Shown here in pieces: positions 25,281 through 34,017 of a stretch of DNA of 64,000 nucleotides (the stretch's first letter is position 1; every line of letters starts with the position of its first letter). The notes below the pieces were generated by a model that was given only the letters and a program-made list of their open reading frames with translations, did not search any database and was not told the origin of the DNA. The DNA lies in contig JAZNOW010000073.1 in the NCBI GenBank assembly GCA_045589355.1, positions 680 to 64,679 on the forward strand. Direction: 5' to 3'. Source of the DNA: Clostridia bacterium. GTDB lineage: Bacteria > Bacillota > Clostridia > Christensenellales > Aristaeellaceae. Both the position numbers and the translations under genes were made by a program.

Positions 25281-25992
25281 GGAAGCGTTCCTCCTTTATT
25301 TCGGGGAATATCATTTGTGTATAGGCGGTGCCGTATTTGGAAAAGGACGTGCGGTATATGTTGGCTTCGTTCAGTGCGTGGGCCATCCACAGGGGCATGG
25401 CACCGGCGCATTTGAGCTCCATCAGGGTCATGCCTTCCGGCAGCAGGGGCGTGCCCACGGAATGATCGCTGTCCAGGGTCAGGTCCGTCTGCCGGGCGCG
25501 TATTTTGGTATCGAAGGTGACCCGGAAGGAAGAGCCTTCCTTATCGTAATAGGCCAGCCGGTGGTAGGAAAGGTAAACGGTGGGGTGCAGGCCGGGGTAG
25601 AAATTGCGGAAGTAGGTAATCTCCCGGGCGATCTGGCTGTCCTCCGGTGCATCCCCGCCGGAAAGCCATTCCTGCACCTTTTCTTCCTTCATTTGCAGGC
25701 GCCGTTTGTACACCACCCGTTTGTATTTCTTTTTCAATTCCACATACACCGGCACGCCCTCTTTGGCCCGGTGGTAGGAGCGGATGCGCAGTTTTTCCTT
25801 GTACACCGGTTTTTGAATGGAATGGCGGATGAGCCGGTAATCGTCGGTATCGTAGTAGAGGTTGCGGATGATGGAATCGCCGTATTCGTCCAGCTGCATG
25901 TGGGGCTCCATTGCCTGCAATACATGCTGCAATTGCGCATCATTCAGCAGGTATTTCAGCTCGTACCGCTTGAACACTGCCTGATAGGCCAT
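25273..25992 (-). CDS. VTC-domain (polyphosphate polymerase domain) protein
   Basis: FKRYELKYLL..., NLYYDTDDY, KLRIRSY, VELKKKY match the VTC/CYTH-like triphosphate tunnel family. Confidence 0.75.
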   Translation of the reverse strand: MAYQAVFKRYELKYLLNDAQLQHVLQAMEPHMQLDEYGDSIIRNLYYDTDDYRLIRHSIQKPVYKEKLRIRSYHRAKEGVPVYVELKKKYKRVVYKRRLQMKEEKVQEWLSGGDAPEDSQIAREITYFRNFYPGLHPTVYLSYHRLAYYDKEGSSFRVTFDTKIRARQTDLTLDSDHSVGTPLLPEGMTLMELKCAGAMPLWMAHALNEANIYRTSFSKYGTAYTQMIFPEIKEERFHA

Positions 25993-26168
25993 GGCGCCGC
26001 CTCCTCTCTTTTGAATACAGGCTTATTGTATCACGGAAAATGCGGTTTCTCAAGGACAAACGGTAAACGATTTGTGAACGAAAGTGTACAGAAAAGATTT
26101 TTCTTCCGAAATGAAATATTTTCCCATTGTTATGCGTCTACATACATGGAAGGAGGTGCACAAAAGAA

Positions 26169-26717
26169 ATGGAGATGCGACAGGGCCCGGCCATCTGCCA
26201 TGATGCTTTCGTTCAGCTGGTGGAAACCCACCAGCCCATGCTGATCAAAATGTGCTATGTGTATTTGCGGGATGCGGAGCAGGCCCGTGATGCCGTGCAG
26301 GAAACCTTTCTGAAAGCGTATCGTGCGCTCCCCTCCTTCCGCCGGGAATGCAGCGAAAAGAACTGGCTTATCCGCATTGCCATCAACACCTGCAAAAGCA
26401 TGCAGCGCACCCCCTGGTACCGTTTTGTGGACAAGCGCATTACCCCGGACGAACTTCCGCTTGCTCAGGAAATTGCCACCGATGAAACGGACCTGATGTG
26501 TGAGATCATGCAGCTTTCGCCCAAATTGCGGGAGGCGGTTTTGCTTTACTACTGGCAGGAAATGGGCGTTCAGCAAATTGCGGAACTGTTGGAAATATCC
26601 CAAAGCAGCGTGTCCAACCGCCTCAGGCGGGCCCGGGCACAGCTGAAAAAACAACTGGAAAGGGGGCAATATGATGACGGAACAGCAGGAAAAACGGATT
26701 CTGAAAAACACCTTTGA
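26169..26717 (+). CDS. ECF-type RNA polymerase sigma-70 family factor
   Basis: Region 2 (DAEQARDAVQETFLKAYRALPSF...WLIRIAINTCKS) and region 4 (LSPKLREAVLLYYWQEMGVQQIAELLEISQSSVSNRLRRARAQLK). The start among ATG 26127/26169/26175 is uncertain. Confidence 0.85.
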   Translation: MEMRQGPAICHDAFVQLVETHQPMLIKMCYVYLRDAEQARDAVQETFLKAYRALPSFRRECSEKNWLIRIAINTCKSMQRTPWYRFVDKRITPDELPLAQEIATDETDLMCEIMQLSPKLREAVLLYYWQEMGVQQIAELLEISQSSVSNRLRRARAQLKKQLERGQYDDGTAGKTDSEKHL

Positions 26718-28284
26718 CATGACCCTTTCCGGCCTGCAGACGGATCCTTATCTGGCGCAGAAGATCATCCGGGAACAAACGAAGGGAGAAGAGAAAGTGA
26801 AAAAGAAGATTTCTTTTGCATTTGTGCTGGTCAATTTGCTGGTGCTTTGTGCCGTGACAGCCTTTGCCGTATCCATCGGCACCGAAACCCCGGACAAGCA
26901 GGTGCTGCAGCCGGCGGTCACCCTGTCCCCTGTGAATACGAAGGGGAAAGAAGCCTATGATATCCTTCCGCTTTCCGAGGCTTGTGAAATTGCCCGGGAG
27001 GCGCTGCGGAAAAACTACGGCGTAACGGACACGGAACTGGAGCAGCTGATGCTGTACCCCTACAGTGCTGTGGGCTACTATGACGTTAGCAACTGGACCA
27101 TGGTGTTCTATTCCAACCCCAACCGGGTGTCTGACCAGAGCCAGGATACCTACGCCGGCCCCCTGGGGGAATACCGGGTGGTGATCAATGGGAAAACGGG
27201 CAGTGTGGAAAGCTGCGAATGGTACACCGTGGATTTCTGGAAGAACGCCCAGCGCATCTGGGATGCAGGGAACTATGAGGAAGTGTACCGCCGCTATTTC
27301 ATGGCGGATTTCCGTTACCTGCCCGAAGAAACCCAGGCCCATTTTGAGCAGCTGCTGGTGGAAAAAGGGTATGCCATGGTGGCCGAATCGGACCGGCATT
27401 TGCAGCTGGATGCCTTTGGCAGCAAAATACTCCTGTGCGACCCGGCCCTGGCTCTGCCCGATGAGGATCCGCAGGTACAGGCAGCGTGGGAAGCCGTGGA
27501 AAAGCGGTTTGGCCTGGACGTTTCCGTCCTGAAAAACTACAGCTACATTGCCACCCGTGCCCCCTGGGAAAGCGATACGGACGATATTGTGATTGCCTAC
27601 AACCTGCCTTCTGCGGTGGAAAAGCAATCCACCGGTGGGATGGACCCCTGCGCCTATCTGCTCTATGCCAAGGTACAGCGGGCCGGCATGTTCCTGTTCA
27701 GTTTTGAAAAGGACACCACCCACATCGTCAACCGCATCAAACGGGACTGGGAAATGCCTGCGTCCGAGTATGCGGTGGAAACCAATACCGGCCTGCTTTT
27801 GAACCGGTACCTGAAATGGAACGGCAAGGAGCTTCTTCAGTTCCACGAAAGCTATTGCCAATTGGAAGAAATGCTGGACGAAATGGATGCGGCCCATGCC
27901 ACGCCCCATGAAAAGCTTAGGGCCGCCTATGCCTACATGGTGCAGCTGGGCTCCGGCAACGAAACCTATTACCGGGAAACCAATATTGCGTATCCTGACG
28001 GGAATTCTTCCGGGTTTGTGCCGGGGGAAGAATGGACGCTGGCCTCCTCCGCTTCCGGGGAAAACTATGTGACCCTGAAGAAAGGCCATTACGGCGCGCC
28101 GGTGCAGGCATTGCAGAGGGAACTGAGAAACCAGGGCTTCTATGCCGGTGTGGCAGACGGCTATTTCGGGGAAGATACCGAAACGGCGGTCAAGGCCTTC
28201 CAGCGCAAGCACAGCCTGGTGGAGGACGGCATTGCCGGCCTTTCTGTCCAGCGTCTCCTTTATGAAAACGCAGGAAAAGAATGA
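26671..28284 (+). CDS. putative anti-sigma factor with single TM and C-terminal peptidoglycan-binding domain
   Basis: Overlaps the sigma gene 3' end. TM segment ISFAFVLVNLLVLCAVTAFAV. C-terminal PG_binding_1 motif (GHYGAPVQALQRELRNQGFYAGVADGYFGEDTETAVKAFQ). Confidence 0.6.
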   Translation: MMTEQQEKRILKNTFDMTLSGLQTDPYLAQKIIREQTKGEEKVKKKISFAFVLVNLLVLCAVTAFAVSIGTETPDKQVLQPAVTLSPVNTKGKEAYDILPLSEACEIAREALRKNYGVTDTELEQLMLYPYSAVGYYDVSNWTMVFYSNPNRVSDQSQDTYAGPLGEYRVVINGKTGSVESCEWYTVDFWKNAQRIWDAGNYEEVYRRYFMADFRYLPEETQAHFEQLLVEKGYAMVAESDRHLQLDAFGSKILLCDPALALPDEDPQVQAAWEAVEKRFGLDVSVLKNYSYIATRAPWESDTDDIVIAYNLPSAVEKQSTGGMDPCAYLLYAKVQRAGMFLFSFEKDTTHIVNRIKRDWEMPASEYAVETNTGLLLNRYLKWNGKELLQFHESYCQLEEMLDEMDAAHATPHEKLRAAYAYMVQLGSGNETYYRETNIAYPDGNSSGFVPGEEWTLASSASGENYVTLKKGHYGAPVQALQRELRNQGFYAGVADGYFGEDTETAVKAFQRKHSLVEDGIAGLSVQRLLYENAGKE

Positions 28285-28288
28285 TTCA

Positions 28289-28323
28289 AAAAAAGCAGGG
28301 GCTGAAGCAGCCTCTGCTTTTTG
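28289..28323. terminator. bidirectional terminator
   Basis: GCAGGGGCTG-AA-GCAGCCTCTGC hairpin flanked by an A-run and a T-run, between convergent genes. Confidence 0.65.
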
Positions 28324-28337
28324 CTTTGGATGAATGA

Positions 28338-28997
28338 TCAGGTGCGGCGGACGATCTTGCCGGGGGCTTTGAAGATATGGTCTTCCGGCACGGTGCCCCG
28401 CACGCAGGAAAGGGGGTACACGCTGGCGCGGCGGCCCAGCATGGTGCCGGGGTTCAGCACGCTGTTGCAGCCCACTTCCACATAATCCCCCAGCATGGCG
28501 CCGAACTTTTTCCGGCCCGTTTCCATCTTTTCTTCGCCGTCACGGACGGTGACCAGGGTTTTGTCACTTTTGACGTTTGAGGTAATGGAGCCGGCGCCCA
28601 TGTGGCTTTTGTAACCCAGAATGGAGTCGCCCACGTAATTGTAATGGGGCACCTGCACGTTATCGGAAATGATGCAGTTTTTCAGCTCCGTGGAATTGCC
28701 GATGACGCAGTTGTCGCCGATCAGGGCGCTGCCGCGGATGAAAGCGCCGGGGCGCACTTCGGTTTTGTGGCCGATGATGCAGGGGCCGGCAATGTAGTTA
28801 TTGGGAAAGATCACCGCATCCCTGGCGATCCACACGTTTTCGGAAGGATGGTCGTATTCATCGGGGGAGAGGGTTTGGCCCAGCTCCACAATGAAATTTT
28901 TGATGCCGTCCAGCGCTTCCCAGGGGTACACGGTTTTTTCCAGTAGGGGCGCGGCTTTGGTATGGGAAAGATCAAACAGATCAACGGTTTTCAGCAT
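28338..28997 (-). CDS. left-handed beta-helix (hexapeptide repeat) protein, GlmU C-terminal-like
   Basis: ORF trimmed to ATG 28997 behind AGGAGG. Hexapeptide repeats (IGDNCVIGNSTELKNCIISDNVQV, VGDSILGYKSHMGAGS). Confidence 0.7.
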   Translation of the reverse strand: MLKTVDLFDLSHTKAAPLLEKTVYPWEALDGIKNFIVELGQTLSPDEYDHPSENVWIARDAVIFPNNYIAGPCIIGHKTEVRPGAFIRGSALIGDNCVIGNSTELKNCIISDNVQVPHYNYVGDSILGYKSHMGAGSITSNVKSDKTLVTVRDGEEKMETGRKKFGAMLGDYVEVGCNSVLNPGTMLGRRASVYPLSCVRGTVPEDHIFKAPGKIVRRT

Positions 28998-29098
28998 AAG
29001 GATATACCTCCTGAAATTTTGGAAATGATGTTGCGACACCGGCGTATAGAAGGAATAAGGAATTTTGCTTCATCCGGGGCAGTTTTCTTTGGGAGGGT

Positions 29099-29138
29099 GC
29101 GGGAGGGGCTTTCTTTTTCAAAAGAAAGCCCCTCCCGC
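29099..29138 (-). terminator. strong hairpin downstream of glmM (19-bp perfect stem)
   Basis: GCGGGAGGGGCTTTCTTTT-TC-AAAAGAAAGCCCCTCCCGC, lying between glmM and the LbH gene. Confidence 0.55.
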
Positions 29139-29149
29139 ATAAACCCTAT

Positions 29150-30493
29150 TTATTTCACTAAATTCTCTGCTTTCAGGGCGTTGACGATATGATCCACGCA
29201 CTTGTCGCACAGTTCCTGCCGGCTGCATTCGGCCATGACGCGGATGACGGGCTCGGTGCCGCTCTTGCGAAGGAGAATGCGGCCGTCGCCATTGAGCATT
29301 TCTTCCGCTTCCCGCTTGGCCTGCTGCACCTTTTCGTTGTTCAGGGCCTGTTCTTTATCAATGACCCGCACGTTTTTGAGCACCTGGGGGTAGAACACCA
29401 AAGGCTCCACCAGCTTGGACAGGGGCTGCTTCTGCTCCAGCATGGCCTGCATCACCTTGATGGCGGTGAGCATGCCGTCGCCGGTGGTGGCGTACTTGGA
29501 GAAGATGATGTGGCCGCTGTTTTCGCCGCCCAGCACATGGCCGCCGTTGCGCATGGCTTCGTACACAAAGCGGTCGCCCACCTGGGTCTGCATCAGGTCG
29601 ATATCCAGCTTTTCCAGGGCTTTGCCCAGGCCGAAATTGCTCATCACGGTGCCCACGATGGTGTTGGTGAGCAGCTTATCCCGCTTTTTCAGGTAAGCGC
29701 CGTACAGGTACATGATGGCGTCGCCGTCCACCAGGTTGCCGTTTTCGTCCACGGCCAGGCAGCGGTCCGCGTCGCCGTCAAAGGCAAAGCCGATATCCAG
29801 CCCCTTTTCCTTGACGAACTTTTGCAGCACGTCAATGTGGGTGGAGCCGGCATTCACGTTCACGTTGGTGCCGTTGGGCTCGTTATTGATGACGAACGTC
29901 TGGGCGCCCAGGGCATCGAACACGGATTTGGCGATCATCCAGGTGCTGCCGTTGGCGCAGTCCAGGCCCACCTTGATGCCCTTATAGCTCTGGGTGGCCA
30001 GGGAGATAAGGTAGCCGATGTAGCGGTTGCGGCCGGAGGCATAGTCCACCGTTTTGCCGATCTTGTCGCCGGTGGCATAGGGCACTTCGGGGATCAGCCC
30101 GTCGATGTACTGTTCCACCATGTCGGTCACGTCGTCGCTCATCTTTTCGCCCTTGCCGTTGATCAGCTTGATGCCGTTATCCTGGTAGGGGTTATGGCTG
30201 GCGGTGATCATGATGCCGCAGTCGAATTCGTCAATGCGGGTGATGTAGGCAACGGAGGGGGTGGTGGTGACGTGGAGCAGGTACACATCGGCGCCGCTGG
30301 CCATGAGACCTGCGGCCAGCGCGTATTCAAACATGTAGCTGGACAGGCGGGTATCCTTGCCGATGACCACCTTGGCCTTGTGGCCCCGGCCGTAATAATA
30401 GCCCACATAGCGGCCTACTTTAAAGGCATGGTCCACCGTCAGGTTGATATTGGCTTCGCCGCGGAAGCCGTCAGTTTCAAAATACTTACCCAT
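29150..30493 (-). CDS. glmM: phosphoglucosamine mutase
   Basis: ORF trimmed to ATG 30493 behind GGAGGAAAG. MGKYFETDGFRG, active-site TASHNPYQDNGIK. Confidence 0.93.
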   Translation of the reverse strand: MGKYFETDGFRGEANINLTVDHAFKVGRYVGYYYGRGHKAKVVIGKDTRLSSYMFEYALAAGLMASGADVYLLHVTTTPSVAYITRIDEFDCGIMITASHNPYQDNGIKLINGKGEKMSDDVTDMVEQYIDGLIPEVPYATGDKIGKTVDYASGRNRYIGYLISLATQSYKGIKVGLDCANGSTWMIAKSVFDALGAQTFVINNEPNGTNVNVNAGSTHIDVLQKFVKEKGLDIGFAFDGDADRCLAVDENGNLVDGDAIMYLYGAYLKKRDKLLTNTIVGTVMSNFGLGKALEKLDIDLMQTQVGDRFVYEAMRNGGHVLGGENSGHIIFSKYATTGDGMLTAIKVMQAMLEQKQPLSKLVEPLVFYPQVLKNVRVIDKEQALNNEKVQQAKREAEEMLNGDGRILLRKSGTEPVIRVMAECSRQELCDKCVDHIVNALKAENLVK

Positions 30494-30627
30494 ATACTTT
30501 CCTCCGAAACGGAAGCGGTAAAGCTTCAAAATTCTATGCAGATTATAGCATATTCCGTTTCATAAAACAATATGCATCCATGAAGAAACGCCTCCTGCCC
30601 CGGATTTGGCAGAAGGCGTGGCCTTTT

Positions 30628-31347
30628 TTACAGCAGGGAAGCGGCGTCCTTATCCACCAGGAAAATGGCATTGGGATGGCCCCGCAGGATGGAGGCCTGC
30701 ACCTGAGGATCCATATTGCCCTTCACGGCATCCCGGACAGCCTGTGCCTTGGCTTTGCCGGTGGCAATCAGCACCACACATTTGGCGTTCATGATGCCGC
30801 CAATGCCAAGGCTGATGGCTTGGGTGGGCACTTCTTCCCGGGAGTTGAAGAAGCGCTGGTTGGCGTCGATGGTGCTGTCGGTGAGCTTGACAATCTGGGT
30901 GCCGTACACGAAGTGCTTGTTGGGCTCGTTGAAGGCGATATGGCCATTGTTACCGATGCCCAGCAGCTGCAGGTCAATACCGCCGGCTTTTTCGATGGCA
31001 GCGTCGTAGCGCTTGCATTCCGCCTGCAGGTCGGGGGCGTTGCCGTTGGGCACATGGTGTTCCTTCATGTTGATGAAGTCGAACAGGTTTTTGTTCATGA
31101 AATCATGGTAGGAGCAGATATGGTCTTCCGGAATGCCGCAGTATTCGTCCAGGTTATAGCTGATGCACTGGGAAAAATCCAGAGCACCGGCCTTATGCCA
31201 GTCGATCAGCTGCTGGTAGCAGCCCAGGGGAGAAGAACCGGTGGCCAGGCCCAGCACGCTGTCCGGCTTTTTGGTCACCTGAGCGGCAATCAGCATGGCG
31301 CAGGCTACGCCCACCTGCTGGGCATTATCATAAATACGTACTTGCAT
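30628..31347 (-). CDS. nagB: glucosamine-6-phosphate deaminase
   Basis: LGLATGSSP, YNLDEY, LLGIGNNGHIAFNEP. Confidence 0.93.
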   Translation of the reverse strand: MQVRIYDNAQQVGVACAMLIAAQVTKKPDSVLGLATGSSPLGCYQQLIDWHKAGALDFSQCISYNLDEYCGIPEDHICSYHDFMNKNLFDFINMKEHHVPNGNAPDLQAECKRYDAAIEKAGGIDLQLLGIGNNGHIAFNEPNKHFVYGTQIVKLTDSTIDANQRFFNSREEVPTQAISLGIGGIMNAKCVVLIATGKAKAQAVRDAVKGNMDPQVQASILRGHPNAIFLVDKDAASLL

Positions 31348-31486
31348 GGTATATTCCTCACTTTCATATTGAACCTTCGTTCCTGACCATTATAGCATGG
31401 CCGAAACCGGGAATACAAGGAAAACGTTGCAAAAATGTGACGGAAACGATCATTCGTTTGCAATCTTTGCAAGAAAACAGCAAGAA

Positions 31487-32266
31487 TTATGCAAGAATGA
31501 TGTCACCGGCCACTTTCCGCAGCTTTTTCAGCGTGTCGGCGGGGATCAGGCTGTCGGTGATGAGCAGGTCGGCGTCCTTCAGGTCGCAGATGCGTACCAG
31601 CGCCGTGCGGCCGATTTTCTGGTGGTCCGCCACGATGACGGTGCGCTTGGCAGTGCGCAGCATCATGCGCTTCACGCCCATTTCCTCAAAATTGGAGGAG
31701 CACACATTGCCCATCAGGTCAATGCCGTCCACGCCGATGAAGGCAATATCTGCATGGGTGGAGCGGATAAAATCTTCCGCCACGGCGCCGATCAGTTCGT
31801 GATAGCCGCTGCGCCGCATGCCCCCCGTGACCATCACCTTGCAGCTGGGTTTCATCTCCAGCTGTGCCGCGGTGAACAAATCGTTGGTGATGATGGTGAT
31901 CCGCTCCAGCTGGCTCAGGGCTTTGGCAATGGAAAAGGCGGTGGTGCCCGCGTCGATGAACACCGTGTCGCCGTTTTTCACCAGCTTGGCGGCTTCCAGC
32001 GCAATGCGCTCTTTCTCCTGCTGCTGTTGGGTGATCCGCTCCTGATAGCGGCTTTCGTAGGCGGTGCTCTTTTCGGCCCGCATGGCACCGCCGTGGGTGC
32101 GGATGATGGCGCCCTGCCGGGAAAGCTCATCCAGGTCTCGCCGGGCCGTGGCTTCCGATATGCCGAAATATTCCGCCAGCTCCTGCAGGTGCACCCGCCG
32201 GCTCAGGTTGATGTATTCCAGCATACGGCGCTGCCGTTCCACCGGTGCATAGCTGTTCTCGCTCAC
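31487..32266 (-). CDS. DeoR/GlpR-family transcriptional regulator
   Basis: GTG start behind GGAGGG. N-terminal HTH (RQRRMLEYINLSRRVHLQELAEYFGISEATARRDLDEL) and a DeoR C-terminal sensor domain. Confidence 0.88.
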   Translation of the reverse strand: MSENSYAPVERQRRMLEYINLSRRVHLQELAEYFGISEATARRDLDELSRQGAIIRTHGGAMRAEKSTAYESRYQERITQQQQEKERIALEAAKLVKNGDTVFIDAGTTAFSIAKALSQLERITIITNDLFTAAQLEMKPSCKVMVTGGMRRSGYHELIGAVAEDFIRSTHADIAFIGVDGIDLMGNVCSSNFEEMGVKRMMLRTAKRTVIVADHQKIGRTALVRICDLKDADLLITDSLIPADTLKKLRKVAGDIILA

Positions 32267-32442
32267 ATCCTTCCCTCCAAACGATCAAAGTAATCACAAA
32301 AACCTGCAATTACTTTATCATAGTATGCGCGTTTTGTAAAGAATGATGCAAGTTTTTCGGAATATGCGTGAAAAAACAAAAGTTTTTTTAGAATGCTGTT
32401 GTTCGTAAAAAAGAAGCAGTGTCCGCTTGCAGCTTGGGGAAC

Positions 32443-32938
32443 GACGGGGCAGGGGGCTCCTCGCCCCCTGTACCCTCACGCCAGGGGCATTGCCCCTGGA
32501 CCCTTCCTGCGATGCAGAAGATTGCTTTTCCAAACTTCTTTCCGCATGTTCCTTGGGGAAACGAAACGAGAACCCACGGGCGCAATGAAAACGAAAAAAA
32601 GAGCGGATGAGAGAATTTATTCTCTCACCGCTTCTTTTTTACCGTTTTCCCCGGATGCCCAAGCATCCGGTTGGCGGTGTAGCACCGCCCAGCCCGTGGG
32701 GCGGGTGGCAGTACCACTTCCAATTCGCAATGCAATAATCGTCGCTTGCAATCGGGTTTCTGCGTGGCGGCAGTGCCGCAGCCAATTCGCAAAGAAACGA
32801 TCTTCCTCTGCGAAAGAGTGTGTGCGTGTTACGCGTTTTCACCGGGAATCTGTTTGTTTGATGCAAATTGCAATTTCCGGAAATGGGTCCAGGGGCAATG
32901 CCCCTGGTGGGGTGTGGGGCAACGCCCCATGAATCCCC
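32443..32938 (-). repeat. hairpin-rich mosaic intergenic element, copy 2 (inverted orientation, with internal duplication)
   Basis: Its reverse complement aligns by eye end-to-end with copies 1 and 3. The GCGAATTGG..GGCACTGCC box occurs twice. Central hairpin at 32587-32649. Confidence 0.8.
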
Positions 32939-32940
32939 GT

Positions 32941-34014
32941 TTACTTTCGTTTCATGAACAGTATCTTCCCGGGGCAGGGGGAATCGGGGTTGCCGGTGGG
33001 GCCCCAGGCGCAGCCGCCCTTGCAGTGCAGGCAGGTGCCGGTATCCCGGCCGGCCAGGGCATCGCTGGCGAAATTGTAATTTACCAGATGGCCGCGGCCC
33101 ACGTCGATGCCGTCAATACCGGTCAACGCCAGCACCCCCCGGGCCATTTCGCCGTCGGTGATCATGTCCACGCTGAACACAGGGGTATCCGGCAGCATTT
33201 CCTTGATTTTCATGGCGGCATAGAAGGAGGGCCGATAGGGGAAAGAGGCAGGGCAGGCAGACACGTCGCTGTCGATGCCGTAGGAGATATCCAGGAAATC
33301 CACATACGGGGCCAGGGCCCTGGCATGGCGCAGGCCGTCCTCCATGGTGGGCTCAAAAGCCGCCAGGCGGATGCCGACGCAAAAATCCTTACCGCAGGCA
33401 ATGCGGATGGATTCCAGAATTTCTTTGACAAAAAGGGTTCTGTCTTCGCCGTATTCGTCGGTACGGTGGTTGACTTTGCTGCTCAAAAACTGGCTGAGCA
33501 GATAGCCGTGGCAGCCGTGCAATTCCACCCCGTCCAGCCCGGCCGCCTTGCACCGCAGGGCTGCCTTGACGAAGGCATTGCGGATGTACACAATGCGGTC
33601 CAGCGTCATTTCCTTGCCGGGGGTATGGTGGGGGTGGGTGGGAACATAATCGCTGGGGCAGTCGGCCACATCGTCAATGCCGTTGATGCCGGCGTGATGG
33701 ATCTGGGCCAGCAAGGGCGTGCCGTTTTCGTGGCACACTTCCGCCAGGCGCTTCCAGCCTTCGATCTGCTCATCTTCCCACAGCCCCAGCTGAGTTTCGT
33801 GCAGCCTGCCCCGCTTGGTGACGCACACGGCTTCGGAAAAAATGACGCCGGCGCCGCCCTGGGCCAGGGCGCGGTAGTGGGCGATGTTGCGGGGGGTGAC
33901 CATGCCGGTATCGTCCGTCCAGTCAAAGCACACCATGGCGGGCACGGCAATGCGGTTTTTGACGGTGACGGGCCCCATTGTAAAGCTGTCGGACAGCTGT
34001 TTCATACAATGCAC
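32941..34014 (-). CDS. NADH:flavin oxidoreductase (Old Yellow Enzyme family)
   Basis: VKNRIAVPAM, QIHHAGI, GLDGVELHGCHGYLLSQFLS. Cys-rich C-terminal tail CLHCKGGCAWG. Confidence 0.85.
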   Translation of the reverse strand: MHCMKQLSDSFTMGPVTVKNRIAVPAMVCFDWTDDTGMVTPRNIAHYRALAQGGAGVIFSEAVCVTKRGRLHETQLGLWEDEQIEGWKRLAEVCHENGTPLLAQIHHAGINGIDDVADCPSDYVPTHPHHTPGKEMTLDRIVYIRNAFVKAALRCKAAGLDGVELHGCHGYLLSQFLSSKVNHRTDEYGEDRTLFVKEILESIRIACGKDFCVGIRLAAFEPTMEDGLRHARALAPYVDFLDISYGIDSDVSACPASFPYRPSFYAAMKIKEMLPDTPVFSVDMITDGEMARGVLALTGIDGIDVGRGHLVNYNFASDALAGRDTGTCLHCKGGCAWGPTGNPDSPCPGKILFMKRK

Positions 34015-34017
34015 TCC

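Noticed and set aside
29099-29138. The 19-bp perfect palindrome as a protein operator or a member of the dispersed repeat family
   Set aside because: It has no sequence similarity to the dispersed repeat modules. Its position directly after glmM fits a terminator or processing hairpin. Without a second copy I cannot support an operator role.
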